Assembly: GCF_964194025.1 (NCBI RefSeq)
Contig: NC_134468.1
Span: 18,104,001 to 18,168,000, forward strand
Source: Convolutriloba macropyga
Taxonomy: Eukaryota
DNA length: 64,000 bases
Direction: 5' to 3'
Shown here: piece by piece, positions 25,543 to 38,960 of the stretch
Position numbering within the stretch: the first letter of the stretch is position 1
How the letters are laid out: each line of letters opens with the position of its first letter
Made by a program: the position numbers and the translations under genes
The notes under the pieces: generated by a model
The model's database searches: none
Told to the model about the DNA's origin: nothing
What the model saw: the letters and a program-made list of their open reading frames with translations, nothing else

Positions 25543-28500
25543 TTATTGTTCCGACCCTCTTGAGGGGGGAGGAACTATATACTCAAATGGGGTTTTTTTT
25601 GTTCCGTGAATTTTCGCCGATCGATATATTCATCGTAGAGAGTTGAGACTGGTATCATTAGAAAGCTCGTCCAGCGTAGAATATGGAATCAAAAAGATTT
25701 TTTAATTTTCGTTTTCTATAGGGAGTTATCGAGGTTTAAACTTCTGAGAAAAGTAGAGTGAATTCACGTTGTTTTTATTCACATTTTCCGGAATTTTTGC
25801 CTAAATTTTCGTCAGTTTTGCTAAAATTTGCTATAATTTTTAAGAATAGTGTCGTTTATTTTATTTTTGAAGATGAACAAGCATTGTTGATTGTTTTAAT
25901 TTAATTTTTTTGGTCAAAAAATCTGGAAAAACATTTCAAAATTTAGCCTTTTTCATCAAAAACAGCACGAAATAAGTTACTTTAGTCCACCTTGATTAAA
26001 TTTGCCGACAGTACACCCCCAAACCACACTCATACAATCTTTGTAGACTCAGGGGAGGCTATTTCTACTTCAGAGTCCGCTGGGAGTGCTCTGTAGTCAA
26101 AACTTTGCCTTTTTTGCTAACTTTAATCGTTGATTCTCAAAAATGCAGAATTTATTTTGAGTTTTCAACTAACAAATTATCTATATCTACAACATTCAAA
26201 AAATCAATTGTTCCTAACGGACAAAAAGCATTAGCAGGGATAGTTTTGGGCCATTCTTGGACTGTTACAATCCAAAAAAATCGGGTTGTAATCAGTCGGT
26301 TTTTTTTTAAAAAAAGACCTTTTTTTTAATAATAAAGAACAAAACATATCAAATCAAAGCTCAGGAAAGATAGGTCCAACCAATTCGCTCACTAAGCAGC
26401 TAGAAGCTAATGCATTTAGCTTTTTACTTTAAAGTTTATGGTCGTTTCTTTTTTTAAAAAATAATTGACTTTTCAATTAATAATGGCTTAACTTTTCCTC
26501 TATTTTTTTCTTAAATCGTTCAACTTCCAGCTTAGTTTCAGCAAATAAAGAATGCTTCTTCTTTCTACTGATTTAACATTTATTCTCGGTTGCAGTTTTA
26601 AGCCTGAAGTTATTGTTTTCTGGCTTTGATACTACAAGATTTCAGATTTTTGTTTGTTTTGATATTTGCCAGTTTTTCACGTTTTCTAATTTTGTCACAT
26701 TATCACAGTTCTCATGTCACATTATTAGCGTTCAGAATAAGGCACATATTAAAATCGTGAAAGAGATGCATCATCGTTTTAACGGCCTCGACGCCTCTTT
26801 CTTGAAGAAATCAATTGAATTTTTCAAATTTTGTCTAACTGTCATTTATACTTGGTCGTTTCGGTCGTATGAAATTTCCTGTATAGTGATAGCTTTCATT
26901 GGCTTTTCATGGAAAAATAGAAGAACCGATATTCTGATATTAGTAGATAGCTGATGGCTTTCATGACTTTGAAAACAATCGTTTTCCAAAATTAAAAAAA
27001 AAAACTTTTCAATTTCGCAATTTTGTTCTTTTTATGTTTCTTTTTGTTACCTAATCTCGTTAGTTAATTACAGGTCAAATATGACATTATGGGTGTCAAG
27101 GGAATAAAAGGGATTGGTGTCCCAAAATCTTTTTTTTAAAGAATTCGTTATGACCTTACTGGCTTCGACACCGGTTTTTCACAAAAAAAAGTAAATTAAT
27201 TTGATTTGTCATATTTGACGTTCTTTTTGTAGATGCAAGAAATATTCTGGATAATTGCAGGTTTCGAGGGCTTCTTTTTCATGAATAAACGACCCTATTT
27301 AAATAGCTCTTTGTAATTAATGCCTTTCATTACATTGAATATAATTTTGTTTCGCAAAAAAAAATTAAAAGTATTACTTTAGCACTTCCCTTTTTTGTCT
27401 ACTTGTTACTTAGTCTTACTAATGAATGGCCACGTAATACATTATAACTGTTTGAAGAAGGCGCAATCGAATATATTTTGAGGGCCAAAATATGGCTTGA
27501 CGGTTTTGACAGCGTTTTCTGGCAAGTATCAATTGAAATTTTGTTTGTTTTTTGTTGTTCTTTTTAGCCGCTTTAAAAAATGAATAAGGACAGGTCCTAA
27601 TGCCCTTCTAAAGAAACAGTGGTAATCGTAAATTTGCGGTAATATTAATTGATTCATAATGGTATTTATTACTTTGTAGTTAACTGTTTCAAAAAATAAG
27701 TTAATTTTTTTACTTTACTGTTTTTGTTCTTTTTTGTATAATTGTTACCAAACCTTTTTATGGACTAAGCGATGCAATTTCAGAAGGAAACTAAAACAGC
27801 TGAAAGCAATGCAGACGTGCCCTTGAATGCTATTTTCTGCTCTTGACAATTTTTGGCAGAAACTATCAACTATCGTGTCATTAATCATCAGGATCATAAG
27901 ACCATCCAAATATTATGGAAAATTTAATTATGGAGAATAATTAAATTCTAAGAAATTATGATTTCCAACATTAAAATAAAGTTACTATTTCAGCCGCTTT
28001 AAAAAATGAATAAGGACAGGTCCTAATGCCCTTCTATAGAAACAGTGGTAAATTTGTGGTAATATTAATTGATTCATAATGGTATTTATTACTTTGTAGT
28101 TAAATGTTTCAAAAAAATAAGTTAATTTTTTTACTTTACTGTTTTTGTTCTTTTTTGTATAATTTTTACCAAACCTTTTATGGACTGGTCGCATATGTTT
28201 TCTGGTGATTTATAAGTTATTTTTGTTTAGTTTTAGGTTTATCTGACGGTATGTTGACTTTTTAATTAAATTTAGTTTTTAAGAGGGTCATAAATTTTTT
28301 GATGTAATTAATGTTTGTTGTTGTTTGATTTTGTTGTTCGTCTTGACTCGCTTTCTTAATATTGCCATATTACAGCAATCTAATGCATCAATTTTTACTC
28401 CACTGAGTTATTTGCTTTGGAGGCTATCTTATCGTTCATACAGAATTTTTTGAAAAAGACTTGGACTTTTTTGGGATTCGCAAAAATTATTTTTTGGGTT

Positions 28501-28600
28501 TTTCTATCTGTTCCTCATTTGGTAGACAATTATGCCAACATTGTGGATGGGCGGGGTCGGAACCTTATGTGCCATCGCACATTACCGAGCCGCCTTGTTT
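25543..28600 (+). mobile_element. Family 1 Helentron-like element, ~3.06 kb, both termini present
   Basis: 5' stem-loop GTTCCGACCCTCTTGAGGGGGGAGGAAC from 25548. 3' subTIR GGGTCGGAAC (28554-28563), hairpin ATGTGC-CATC-GCACAT (28567-28582), CTTGTTT end. Interior is degenerate AT-rich repeat. Confidence 0.75.
27566..28186. repeat. ~200-bp direct duplication (27566-27766 / 27992-28186) separated by a 223-bp insert that copies 29262-29484
   Basis: Direct comparison: AAGCGAT.CAATTTCAGAAGG...AATAAAGTTACTATT occurs at 27767-27989 and 29262-29484. Confidence 0.92.
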
Positions 28601-31600
28601 GTGTTTTACTGTCAATTGTCTTAACTAAGTATGAAGCCTTCAAACTAGCTGTACGAAGCCTTCAAATCTTCATACAGCTACCATATCACCAGAACATGTT
28701 AGAGTCCTTTGGGGTCTCACGATATGCTGCGGTGATGGCTAACACTCATATCAGCAATTCGTACTCATAACGAAAAATTGAGAAAACAAAGTTTTCAAAG
28801 CATTAATTTTTATGAAATCCTGTTAGTTATGCAGGATCGGAACTCATGATTCTTATGGGGATTATTTACTATATTCATGAAATCTGTTAATTTCTTGTAT
28901 CACTTGAAACGGTGAAATTTTAAGTTTTTGCACTCACAGATCTAACAGTAACATTTTACCGTAGCAATGTTGCGTTTAATAATTCTGTTTATGTATGTTT
29001 TGACCAAAATGTGGTGATCAAGATGAATTTCAAACAATTTTGACGCACTGGTTTCAGTATTATCTCCGCTAAAAAAATCTAAAAAGTAAAGATGACTTAG
29101 ACAGGAACATAGCTGAGTGAATACAACACAAGCCACTCTACGTTTTTCTTATTGCCTTTGAAAGTATCAACATTTGCCTCTTCAGTAACAGACTAAGATC
29201 TTCAAAGTAAGATTAACATTTGCTGAGCACTCTAAAATTGAGAGGTAAATCTGCATATCCGAAGCGATACAATTTCAGAAGGAAACTAAAACAGCTGAAA
29301 GCAATGCAGACGGGCCCTTGAATGCTATTTTCTGCTCTTGACAATTTCTGGCAGAAACTATCAACTATCGTGTCATTAATCATCAGGATCATAAGATCAT
29401 CCAGATATTATGGAAAATTTAATTATGGAGAATAATTAAATTCTAAGAAATTATGATTTCAAACATTAAAATAAAGTTACTATTACAAAACAAAAAAGAC
29501 CTTCCTATAAAATCGACACAGTTGATATTATTCAATTTGCAAGCTCACATTTTCTGATTTACACAAAAGCAATTGCAAAATTTAAAACCGAAATTTAAGG
29601 AATTTCTTCAAATTGCGAGTTTTGTTAACATAGCAAAACCACATAAATCTACGTTGGCTTAGTTGAAGAAACCTGTTATTACCTAAGAAAAGAAAATGTA
29701 GAACTTTGCCACTAAACACAAAGAGCGGAGCGGACAGTTTTAAAGCGCTTTTCTTTTTATCGGAAACAGTCACAGATATCTTGAATATTTTCATGGCCGT
29801 AACTCAGTCAACCAGCAGTTTTAGCACCTGTTAATGAGAAAAGAAACAAATGATAATTGTTTGTCAGATAATTTTTCAAAGGTAGCGAGGTGACAAAAAG
29901 CGCTCTTACTGTAATGAAGTGGCTCTATGTACTAGGGACAAGACAAAAGTTATTAAGACTCTGAATCAAAATTATTCTCCAAAGCAAAAATCCAAAAATA
30001 ATCATTGGCATCAAAGATTTACTTTCCAAAAACGCTGGGCTTTGGAATTGTTGCACAGAGGTAAATTTTTTTTTCATTTGGACAGTTAGATTTGAAGAGA
30101 TGAATTATGATTCTCATGATGTCCAATATCGAGTTTAAACATGTAAAATGCAGAAAAACGAATTTCCGGGGCGGAGTTTTTAGATTTTTGCTGCTAAGTT
30201 AATTTACAGGAATTCTTCTTATAATAACTTCTCGAATTATCTTGAGTTGAAAAATTTTTCTTTCAATTTATTTTTCAAAAAATGACCACAGAGAGTGAAA
30301 ATGATTTTGCATTTTTACGTGTGAGCATTTCAAGTTTTCAGCTGAAATAGCTAAGCATGTACAAGAAAAATCAATTTGCGGACCAATTTTCGTGTTTTCT
30401 TCTTACGACTCGAAGAGGAGTCATAGTTATCTATTTCTACTTGAAGCACCGTTATGTTTTTGTTCTTTTTATATAGAAATGAACAGACAAACAACCAAGT
30501 TCTGTGAATGAGTAAAACTAGAAAAAGTTGCTTAGGTGAACATATTCGAAAAGCGGAGAAAAGATAGAATCGTTAATTTGGAGCTTTCTCAATTTTTTCC
30601 CAGATTTTGTGGCCATTTTGCGATTGCATTTTTTCCTAATTCAATTGAAGCAACAGGCTTCCAGGAATCTTCTATTGCCAATAGAAGTTTTTGAGTGGAA
30701 AACCGTTTTTTCTATAACATTGGACCAAGAAATAAGAAACTTGGTACGATTTTTCTCCATTTCTTAGTTGTTTCTTTTTTTTAAAAAAAAAGTTAGATAT
30801 ATCTGAGCTAATTATAGCTTGCAAAAGAATTGTGAGAACTCTCACAGCCTCTAATGAACGAAACAAAAAACTGTTGTTTGTGTGTGCTTGAACCAAATAT
30901 AACGTAATTGCACGTTCGTATTTTGCAGGTAAATTTACTGTTTGGCCTATTTTTTTGTTATTTGACTTAGATTGCAATTTCAATGTCTTGACGCGTTTTA
31001 CAAGTACATAGTCGTATTGGATTACACTAGTTTTCTCCTCGACTGGCTTTAACATTTCTCTTGGCTATCTTTGTCTAATCGGTCGAGTTGTTTTTAAACA
31101 GTATGTAAAAGTCACGCTTCTTGTTGAACAAAATGGAAGAGCCGAGAGAAATGAGCGGTGGTTGTCTTCATACCAATTTTCGAAAGATAAGAGATAAAGC
31201 TGTGAATGAGAAATTTAGCTCTAAACCAGCTAAATTTTATTACATCAAGCTATTTAAAAACAATTTGGAAGCTTTAAAACTTATTTTTTGTAGCCCATCA
31301 TTTTACATTTGGAAGCGTTTTTGACCATCGACACAAATTTTTAGACTTCGATGTAACTTTGATTGTTGGATATGTTTTCGTCATTTTTTCTGTTTTTATA
31401 TCTTTTCTAAATTTGTTTCTTTTATTTGGGACATTATTATAAAGAATCCAGTTTTTTTAGTTACATTGGCATCCTTTATTTATTCGATATCAATTATAAA
31501 TTTTTGTGGAAAAAAATCACATTTTGACAATGTTTGGCTGATTTTGTTGAATACTTTTTACCTATTTTTACAGTAGCTATTTGAGTTCAAATATATCCTC

Positions 31601-32534
31601 TTTGTTTGTTTAGAAGTGTAATATGAGCTCAGTTACTTCAGTGGACATTTGGAAGTTTGATAGGCCAGTTTTCAGTAAAATAATTGAAGTTTTAATCTTT
31701 TTTGCTTTTTGATGAGCATGGGTGTTTTTGTTGTTTAGTGGGTTGTTCTGATGGTCCATGATTAAACAGAAGCTCTACATTTGCTCTAGAAAAAAATTTG
31801 TGAAGCCGGTTGTTGAGAAGAACTTTCAGGAAATAGTTTTCAGATTACGTTCTTCACTTTTCAATTTCTAATCTTTCAGTTTTTCTATAATAATTGATTC
31901 ATGAAAAATGACTTTCTCTTTTTTTGGTGAGCAACGTTTTTCTGGGGGCGAAGTGAATTTTTACTTCGAAACGATCCGCGTTTTCCGGCTATATTTTGAG
32001 TTCAAAGTACACAAAAATACTAACCATTATGAACTAAAAAGACTTCGAAATACAAAGTGCGGCTGATTAGAGAACACAATTTTTCCACGAGATGTCGGCT
32101 GATCTTTGAAATAAAAAGCAGCATGTGCGTGCCGTTAACACAAAAATCGGAAAATGCCGCACTAAAAGTAAGAAATTTGTACCATCTGTCTTCCCATCAT
32201 CACGAAGAGAGCTTGCACGGTTGCAAAAAAATCGGTGGTCGTTTTCTAATTGCAGCTCGGATAGAAATGATTCTCGCTCTCGAAAAATCCTGAATTTATT
32301 GCACTTTAAAACTGAAACCTTGCTCGTCGGTTACATGGAAGGTAGAAACATGTAAATTTTAACAACGTAAAACCAAATGTTTGTACAATTAATCTTGCCT
32401 CACATTCCTTCTGTTTTGAAAGTACATATTTCGAGATCAATGCCGTGAAACATTTTGCCAAAGGACAAATAGTTTTGTATTTCAATTTCAGGAGGGAACG
32501 AAAACATATGTAATGAATAATTATAGAAGCAGCT

Positions 32535-32626
32535 AAGATCACAACCCTATTTTGCAACCTTTACTCCTTAAATAAATATAAAAATCGAATCAAGGAGTAA
32601 AGGTTGCAAAATAGGGTTTTGATCTT
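32535..32626. repeat. Fold-back inverted repeat, 35-bp arms (1 mismatch), 22-nt spacer
   Basis: AAGATCACAACCCTATTTTGCAACCTTTACTCCTT (32535-32569) / AAGGAGTAAAGGTTGCAAAATAGGGTTTTGATCTT (32592-32626). Confidence 0.93.
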
Positions 32627-33946
32627 GTGTACTGACTAACAAATTAGCCTTCTCAACTGACAAACAAGATTGGGAGCAACATTCTTTATGTTTACAAGCT
32701 TTAAATCCCCGCAAAAAGTGCGTGTTCAGCAATTCTAGGATGAAACAACTAGGTTGGACCCGTTACATGTCATCTCTGCGTCTGTAATAAAATATAAATT
32801 TTGTTAACTGTTCGTTAATTAATAACTTCGGTTCCGGATTTTCTCTTTCTCTGTAGGTTAAAAAAAATGCGTATATTTACGATTCCAAGCATTCTTCTTG
32901 TAGATGGTACATTTGCAAACCTTCTCATTGGGTCTATAAAACCATAAAATTGTACCTCATTTTATTAGGTGATCCAAATGAAACAGAGGCAATTTCGTGA
33001 AAAATTATGACCTAATTATAGTGTTGATTGCATTTAAATTGAAAAATTTAATAGTCACTTCGATCGCTATTTGGTTGCCTATACTAAAATTGGCAATTCA
33101 TACCTTGATGTGTCTTAGTCACAGATTGAATTCATGGTACAAAGACGGATATGAATAGTTTTATTCTTCCCAAGGGACGCCAAACAGCCAGCATTTTTTC
33201 TTCATTCAATTTTACATTTTAGAACTGTTTCCAGCCATTTATTATTTGGAGGATTAGTCTCAAAAGGCAAACACGGTTGGTGGAAAGCCGGGCGGAATTT
33301 CAGCATTGAAAAGTGAGTGAGAGCGAAAGCGCAGCAGACTAATTTAGTATAAACAAAAGAAGTTTAGGAAATGAATTGAATCGCCTTGAAAGTATGAGGG
33401 GCAGCCTAGCGGTTAGAGAGATGAAAAGGTGGCTTCAAAGCCAATAGAAGCAACCCCGTAGAAGCGGCCCTTTTCACAGGCGAGGCGGCTGTGCGCTGAT
33501 CAAAAGTATTAATCTGATTACCTGTTAAACAATTTGCAATTAATAAGAGCCCTCTGTCCACAAACGCACACAATGAGTGTTCATTTCAAAACAGATCTCT
33601 CTAAGGCCGTTCTAATCAAACACAGTTGCTCTCTTCCTATCAATTCAACCGTATCTATCCTATCCTCTGACTAAAATAACCATCATCTCAACCAAATTCT
33701 CTCTTGGCAATCCCCCTCTTTTTCATCATCCTAATCACGCTATAGGTCGTTCCACGCGCACTTAATCTTCCCATTTTTCCCATCACAAAACCTGCAGCTG
33801 AAAAATTATATTGAGAAGCTATCGAAGATATGAAAACATTAAACAAATCCCTTACAGTATATAAGAATAAAAAGTCCTTTGAAGCAAATAAAGAGCAATT
33901 ATACCATGATAGGAAACAAGTTACAGCACAATATTTGGGGCCGGTG

Positions 33947-34200
33947 TCACCGAAACATGAACATGTAAAATGACAAGCAAGATAGAAATAACGAGTCATC
34001 TAGAATATTCCTGGTACAGTACCAGAACGATGCCTTGTGCTTAGTTTGCCAGAAGTTGATATTCCAAGAGACTAGGTAGTAGGGAATAAGGAAGGAGAGG
34101 GTCACTATGGATAGTAGTTTGGAGGGGTGACCCGAGAGGTAGAAGGCGGCCGCTGCTCCCAAGAATAGACCAAGTACAGTACTGAACACATCGCCGTGTT
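33947..34200 (-). CDS. TMEM101: TMEM101 coding exon 4 (last)
   Basis: Acceptor ttttgtttag|AA CAC GGC GAT GTG; reads (E)HGDVFSTVLG...FMFR* ending in TGA at 33947. Confidence 0.87.
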
Positions 34201-37056
34201 CTAAACAAAACAGCTAAAATTATTTTATCGAGCAAATGGGTAGAAAAATAGAACTCAATGCCCGTTAATCAGTCCTAACTCAAATTAAGTCTCTACACAC
34301 TTGAAAATCTGACCAATAAATTAGTAGTCCAATTTTTGAAACAAGGTGGAGAAGACGAGAAGCTGCTCTACAATTAATATCGGATCAATTCAATATTTTT
34401 TGGGAGATATGAAATCAGTTAAATTATATATTACTTAGAAATATGTATACGTCAGCCCAATATATTTCGGCGAAAAGCCAAGCCATAATTTTAAATGCAC
34501 GACGTAAATCTTTATTGGAGCTTTTCGCTGCACAAAAAGAAAACAATCAACGTCAAAACAGTTCCATGCAAAATAGTCCCACCCAGCCATCTGGTTACGC
34601 GCCAACGCATCAATTAACAAACACAATCTGTAAGTTATGTACCTGATCAGAAATCTATTTTGATGGCGCTTTTGGCGACAGAAGTCCTCTGATTATATTT
34701 TTATAAGGCACAGATGACTTCAATCAATAGTAGAGAAGTAAAAACACGATTGATTCAGACAAAACGGATTTTAAGAGAGATCCAAAAATACATTCAGAGA
34801 TGAAAAATAAAAAATCACAAAGTCAGAAGAACTGGAATACTATAACAAAGTAGAAAATTTGTTTAAAAAACAATCAATAAATTGTAAAGTGGTCTAACCT
34901 TTTCCGAAGAGATGCAATAAACCACTCCTCATGGTGGGATCATTGAAGACAAGGAATGTTAAGGCCACCAGGTATATTCCATGGCAGGAGACGGCTACGT
35001 GTCTGACAGTGGGATGGATACTCCGTCTTTGAGGATAGTTTGCATAGCCAGACGAAAGTAAGAGAAAGGAGGCAAACTGCAACATGAGCCGACTACTGTA
35101 GTGCACCTAGAGCATCAAAAGCTCAAATTTTCTCTTAAGAACATTATGCTAGTTGCAACAATCGGCTGCATTTTTTAATAATCTTCATATCCAGACCCTA
35201 GGTTTACTGCTAATGCTTGACATCAAAAAGTTCTAGACAGCAGCCATAATTCCCATTACAGATGTTTACAAAAATGGAACTCAAGTTCAACTTGGATTGT
35301 TGTCTAGTTCAAATTACTGAAACTTCAAAGGGATCGAAGTCTGCATCTCTAATCAAAGTCCGCACTTTTCTCCCCGCCAATTGGAGTTCAGCAGCTTCAA
35401 ATCATGACACGCAAAATGCTCAAGCAGAAATTCTGCATATAAAAGGCGCACACGACGACAATAATTCCTTCCTTCATTCGAGAGCAATTTACAAGAATGC
35501 GCATTCTACCTTCTGCCATTCTGGAGGGTTAGCCGATACTGAGAAGAAAAAGTAGTTTGCAAGTGGTTGCTCAACTGCCAGAATGAGGGAGAACAGACGG
35601 GGTTTGTACTGGAATATCAGGAACGTCGTGCATGTGATCACCACTCCTAGATGGACGTACACCACGCCATTGGACACATCGTAATTGTTCCTGAAAGCAA
35701 AAAAGACTTGACAGTAATAGCTCATCACCATAGATCGATAAGGGATGTCAGGAGACATCTTTTTGACAAGTCTCTCCATGCAAATACATAATTGTAATTG
35801 ACTTACTTACAAACTTTACGTTGACTGTTCTGTTATATGTATTTGGAAAAATTCATCATTATAGATCTCTTAGAATATTGTACTTTAGTTACGGTCACTG
35901 TAGTTGTACCCATACGAAACAAAGTTTAATCGATCCAAAATTTCCTTAAGAAAACGGCATCATATTTATGCGAGACTGGGATATTTTTCGTCAGACCAAC
36001 TAGGAAAATTTTCAAAACGTCCTAGGAAAGAATGGATGGTATCGTATTAAATCTCTTGAAAGGCAGAGATTAACGTTAACTATGTATCTTTTCCAGCCAT
36101 TTGAAAATCTAGTTTTCAGATTTTTTCTGGAATTCCTGATAGTCTCCTGTAGAATTTATGTGCGCATATTAGCGTCTTTGTGAATGACACATTCAAAACT
36201 AGCGTTTCCTCCATTTTATTCAATGTTTACCCACAATTATCGGCAACATTCATAACAACTTGTACATTATTTTTGCAATAAATCAAATTTGTGCTCATGT
36301 TTCATTAATATACATTCTATTCAGATCTCAATGTCACCATCTCAAGTCACCATGTGCATTTCTTTTGTATATCTTTTCTCATTCCCCTTAAGTTGTCTCA
36401 CTATTCTGCATATTATGTCCTTTGATGTTTCACTAATGTCAGAATTTATTCATGTATGAGTTGACTTGACGCCCCCCGAAATGACTGACTACCCTTTTAG
36501 GGGAGGCGCTTTCTTTTAATTGACGTTTTTGTTTTTTCATTAAATAATTCCCCTTTACCTCATGCATTATTCAGCTCCTCTGTTCATTATCATCATTATG
36601 TTAAATAAAACCTAAATGAAACGCTATTGTTACTGCTAGTAAAAAGCCAGTTTTCTAATCACTATAATTATCTTCAAATCCATAACATAAGACTTTCTAA
36701 GAATTCTTTTCAGCTCTTTCGTTCGTTAAATATACCACTATACTTTGAAAGCTATTTCTTTTCATAATACTCATTCACGAGTAAACAATAACTATAAAAT
36801 GTAGATTTAATGATTCCGCTCAATCAAAGGGGCGCCAAACAATATACAAAGACGAAAAATTAGTCACAGGAAAGAATCGCGTCATCTAATTTAGGTACAA
36901 AATCGGTTCTACTCACCTTTTATCTTCAGAATACTCTGCCAAAAACATGAGCAGCGACAGAGCATAGAGGAAAGGATATCGGGTAAGGTAAAGCCAGGGT
37001 AAATATACACGTAGCTTCACACATGCCCCCCGCAGGCGCTCCATCAGCGATGCCAT
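33947..37056 (-). CDS. TMEM101: Transmembrane protein 101 orthologue; complement(join(33947..34200,34899..35106,35510..35690,36917..37056)), 783 nt, 260 aa
   Basis: Spliced product MASLMERL...YLTRYPFLYALSLLMFLAEYSEDKR...EWQKVHYSSR...FLLLSSG...GIYLVAL...FYLSGH...WNINFWQTKHKASFW. It is collinear with human TMEM101 motifs as I recall them (LLTRCPF..QLMLYAERAE, DWLKVRMYSR, FLVLASG, GIYLICV, AFLSGY, GNVAYWHNTRRVEFW). Introns are GT-AG with phases 2, 0, 1, all compatible. Confidence 0.88.
34899..35106 (-). CDS. TMEM101: TMEM101 coding exon 3
   Basis: ctag|GTG CAC TAC ... GGA AAA G|gttaga; VHYSSRLMLQFASFLLLSSG...HLFGK. Confidence 0.87.
35510..35690 (-). CDS. TMEM101: TMEM101 coding exon 2
   Basis: ttttttgctttcag|G AAC AAT ... 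TGG CAG AAG|gtagaa; 181 nt. Confidence 0.86.
36917..37056 (-). CDS. TMEM101: TMEM101 coding exon 1 (too short for the ORF track)
   Basis: aatATGG start, 46 codons plus AG|gtgagt strong donor. Confidence 0.87.
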
Positions 37057-37485
37057 ATTGCTACACTATTTTGTCCTAATAGTCAAATTGAAATCAAGAT
37101 ATCAGCAAACACAATGACGTCATCTGACATCTAAAATTACAATCTTAACTTATCTTCTAAACTAAAAGTTGACTCTAAACACAACTAAATAATTAGCAGT
37201 TAACGAGTCAAACAGCACACTGATCTTTCAAAAGCTACAAACTCGAAATCAAACGTAAGTTGTAGTGTTGTAAAATTACTACAGATGATGAGAGCGCAAT
37301 TGATGATTTCGAACCTTAGCCAACGAATGAAAACAACTCGCTTAACAGTCAAGTATGCTTAAATAAAATGAACAGAACCAAATCATTCATAAAAAGATAT
37401 ATACGCCACAATAGAAGGCCAATAAGAACTTATTGTTATTGTTGAATAAGCGATAAGACTACAAGAAAGACAAAAAAACATTGTC

Positions 37486-37889
37486 AAAACATAACAGACT
37501 AAACGTCGGAAGAATTGCTCTCGAACGACCTGAGGGAGCTCTAATCAATTGCAGCCTGCTTCAGTCGGGGTGGGGGGGGGGCGAAAAGGGACTAAGAAGT
37601 TCAATAGCGGGCTTCAAATAACCACATTAAGTGTTAATATATACCACTATTAAGATTTAAAGTGAAAAATGGCACCAGTTTCGGCGCATTTTTCATTTGC
37701 CTTTGAGTATTAAATTGCCGCCAACTGAATTCAGCTGCTTGAAATTGTGATTGAGAGGAAATTTTAGATCACGCAAAACGCAAAAAGTCAAGGGCGTAAA
37801 AGTCCCTCGAAAAGTCAAAATTGTCAAGCAAAATTTTGCATAAAAATACACGTTTACAATAATAGCTTCTCTACGAGAGCAATTAAAAA
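37486..37889 (-). mobile_element. Family 2 Helentron-like element, copy A (short G-tract cargo)
   Basis: On +: AAAACATAACAGACTAAACGTCGG hairpin end, subTIR AATTGCTCTCGAACGA, opposite end ACGAGAGCAATT plus A-run. Closely matches 41006-41434. Confidence 0.72.
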
Positions 37890-38216
37890 TCAACATCTAT
37901 TTTTTTGAAAAGAAGATGAAACTCAAAGTCATAGAAAGAATTGACTGTGAACTGAAACAATTAAATCAGTTAAAATAATTCATAATAGCAGCCTGCCCCT
38001 AATGCGATGAACGATAAGACAACAAAAAGTAAAATAAATACTATCAAAACCACAAAATCGTGACAATATTTTGAAAACAAAGAGTGTCAATTTCATGACA
38101 ATCACAAGCCCTAAACTTAAACACCAAATTAGGGATATTTAAGCCTCAATAAAACCAAGAATACTGTCATTAATGATATTAGCTGAAATAACAAAAAAGG
38201 CAAAATCAAATTTTCA

Positions 38217-38960
38217 GTAATATTTTATGATAACAAATAGTGAGAAAGTAGAAAAAGCATTAGCTGCCCGTCAATGAGATCAATCCTTTGCAAATAGGCC
38301 CAATTAGAACACCAACTTCTCATTCCACTTTAAAGGTACTTGAGAAAAAACACGCTTCAGACCTACTCACTTTTTCGAATGCTATTCCAATGTGATTAAA
38401 ATCAACTCTTATTTGACCACTCTATTTTGACTCGAAAAAAAAATGGGAAGCGATCTTAAAAAAGAGCACACCGATACAGTTCAAATACTTTGGATTGTTA
38501 AGAAACTTACAATAACCTCATAAATTTCGGCGAAAAATTAAGAGAGTATCAATTGTAAACTTCCTATCAAAATTTTCAATTTGAATTTAAGCAAACTCCC
38601 AAAAATGATTTAACGCAAAAATGCGTCAAAAAAAATTTCCATAGCATCTAAACTCCAAAAAAACACGCATTGGGAACAAAAGAATCCTATTATAGCCTTA
38701 TTAGAACGAAGCGCTGACCTCAATGTCAAGCAAGCGACGTTTTAATCGCAAAGAGTAACAAGATCAGACTTCATTAAAATTCAAATAAGGAAAAAACAGA
38801 CGTGAATTAGCGAAATTAGTCCTCCTAGATTTTACGAATATATGCGGTTGTAAAAAAGACGGCCTATTTGGCTGAAAGGGCGTAATATTTTATGATAACA
38901 AATAGTGAGAAAGTAGAAAAAGCAATCCAATATCCAACAGAACAGGAAGGATATTGGATT
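38217..38960. repeat. Exact 43-bp dispersed duplicate (38217-38259 / 38882-38924); the second copy abuts a 12-bp fold-back
   Basis: GTAATATTTTATGATAACAAATAGTGAGAAAGTAGAAAAAGCA occurs twice. AATCCAATATCC (38924-38935) pairs with GGATATTGGATT (38949-38960). Confidence 0.9.

Noticed and set aside
30400-30460. Stem-loop ACGACTC-GAAGAG-GAGTCAT resembling the 5' end of a fourth Helentron-like family
   Set aside because: No matching 3' subTIR or hairpin and no second copy found.
35691-35779. In-frame extension upstream of TMEM101 exon 2 (MERLVKKMSPDIP...) as an alternative first exon
   Set aside because: A strong pyrimidine tract and AG at 35691 join exon 1 in phase. The MERL/PDIP resemblance is too short to exceed chance.
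36148-36666. Solo-LTR-like segment in TMEM101 intron 1 (TGTAG start, AATAAA near the end)
   Set aside because: No CA terminus or TSD and no second copy to define its boundaries.
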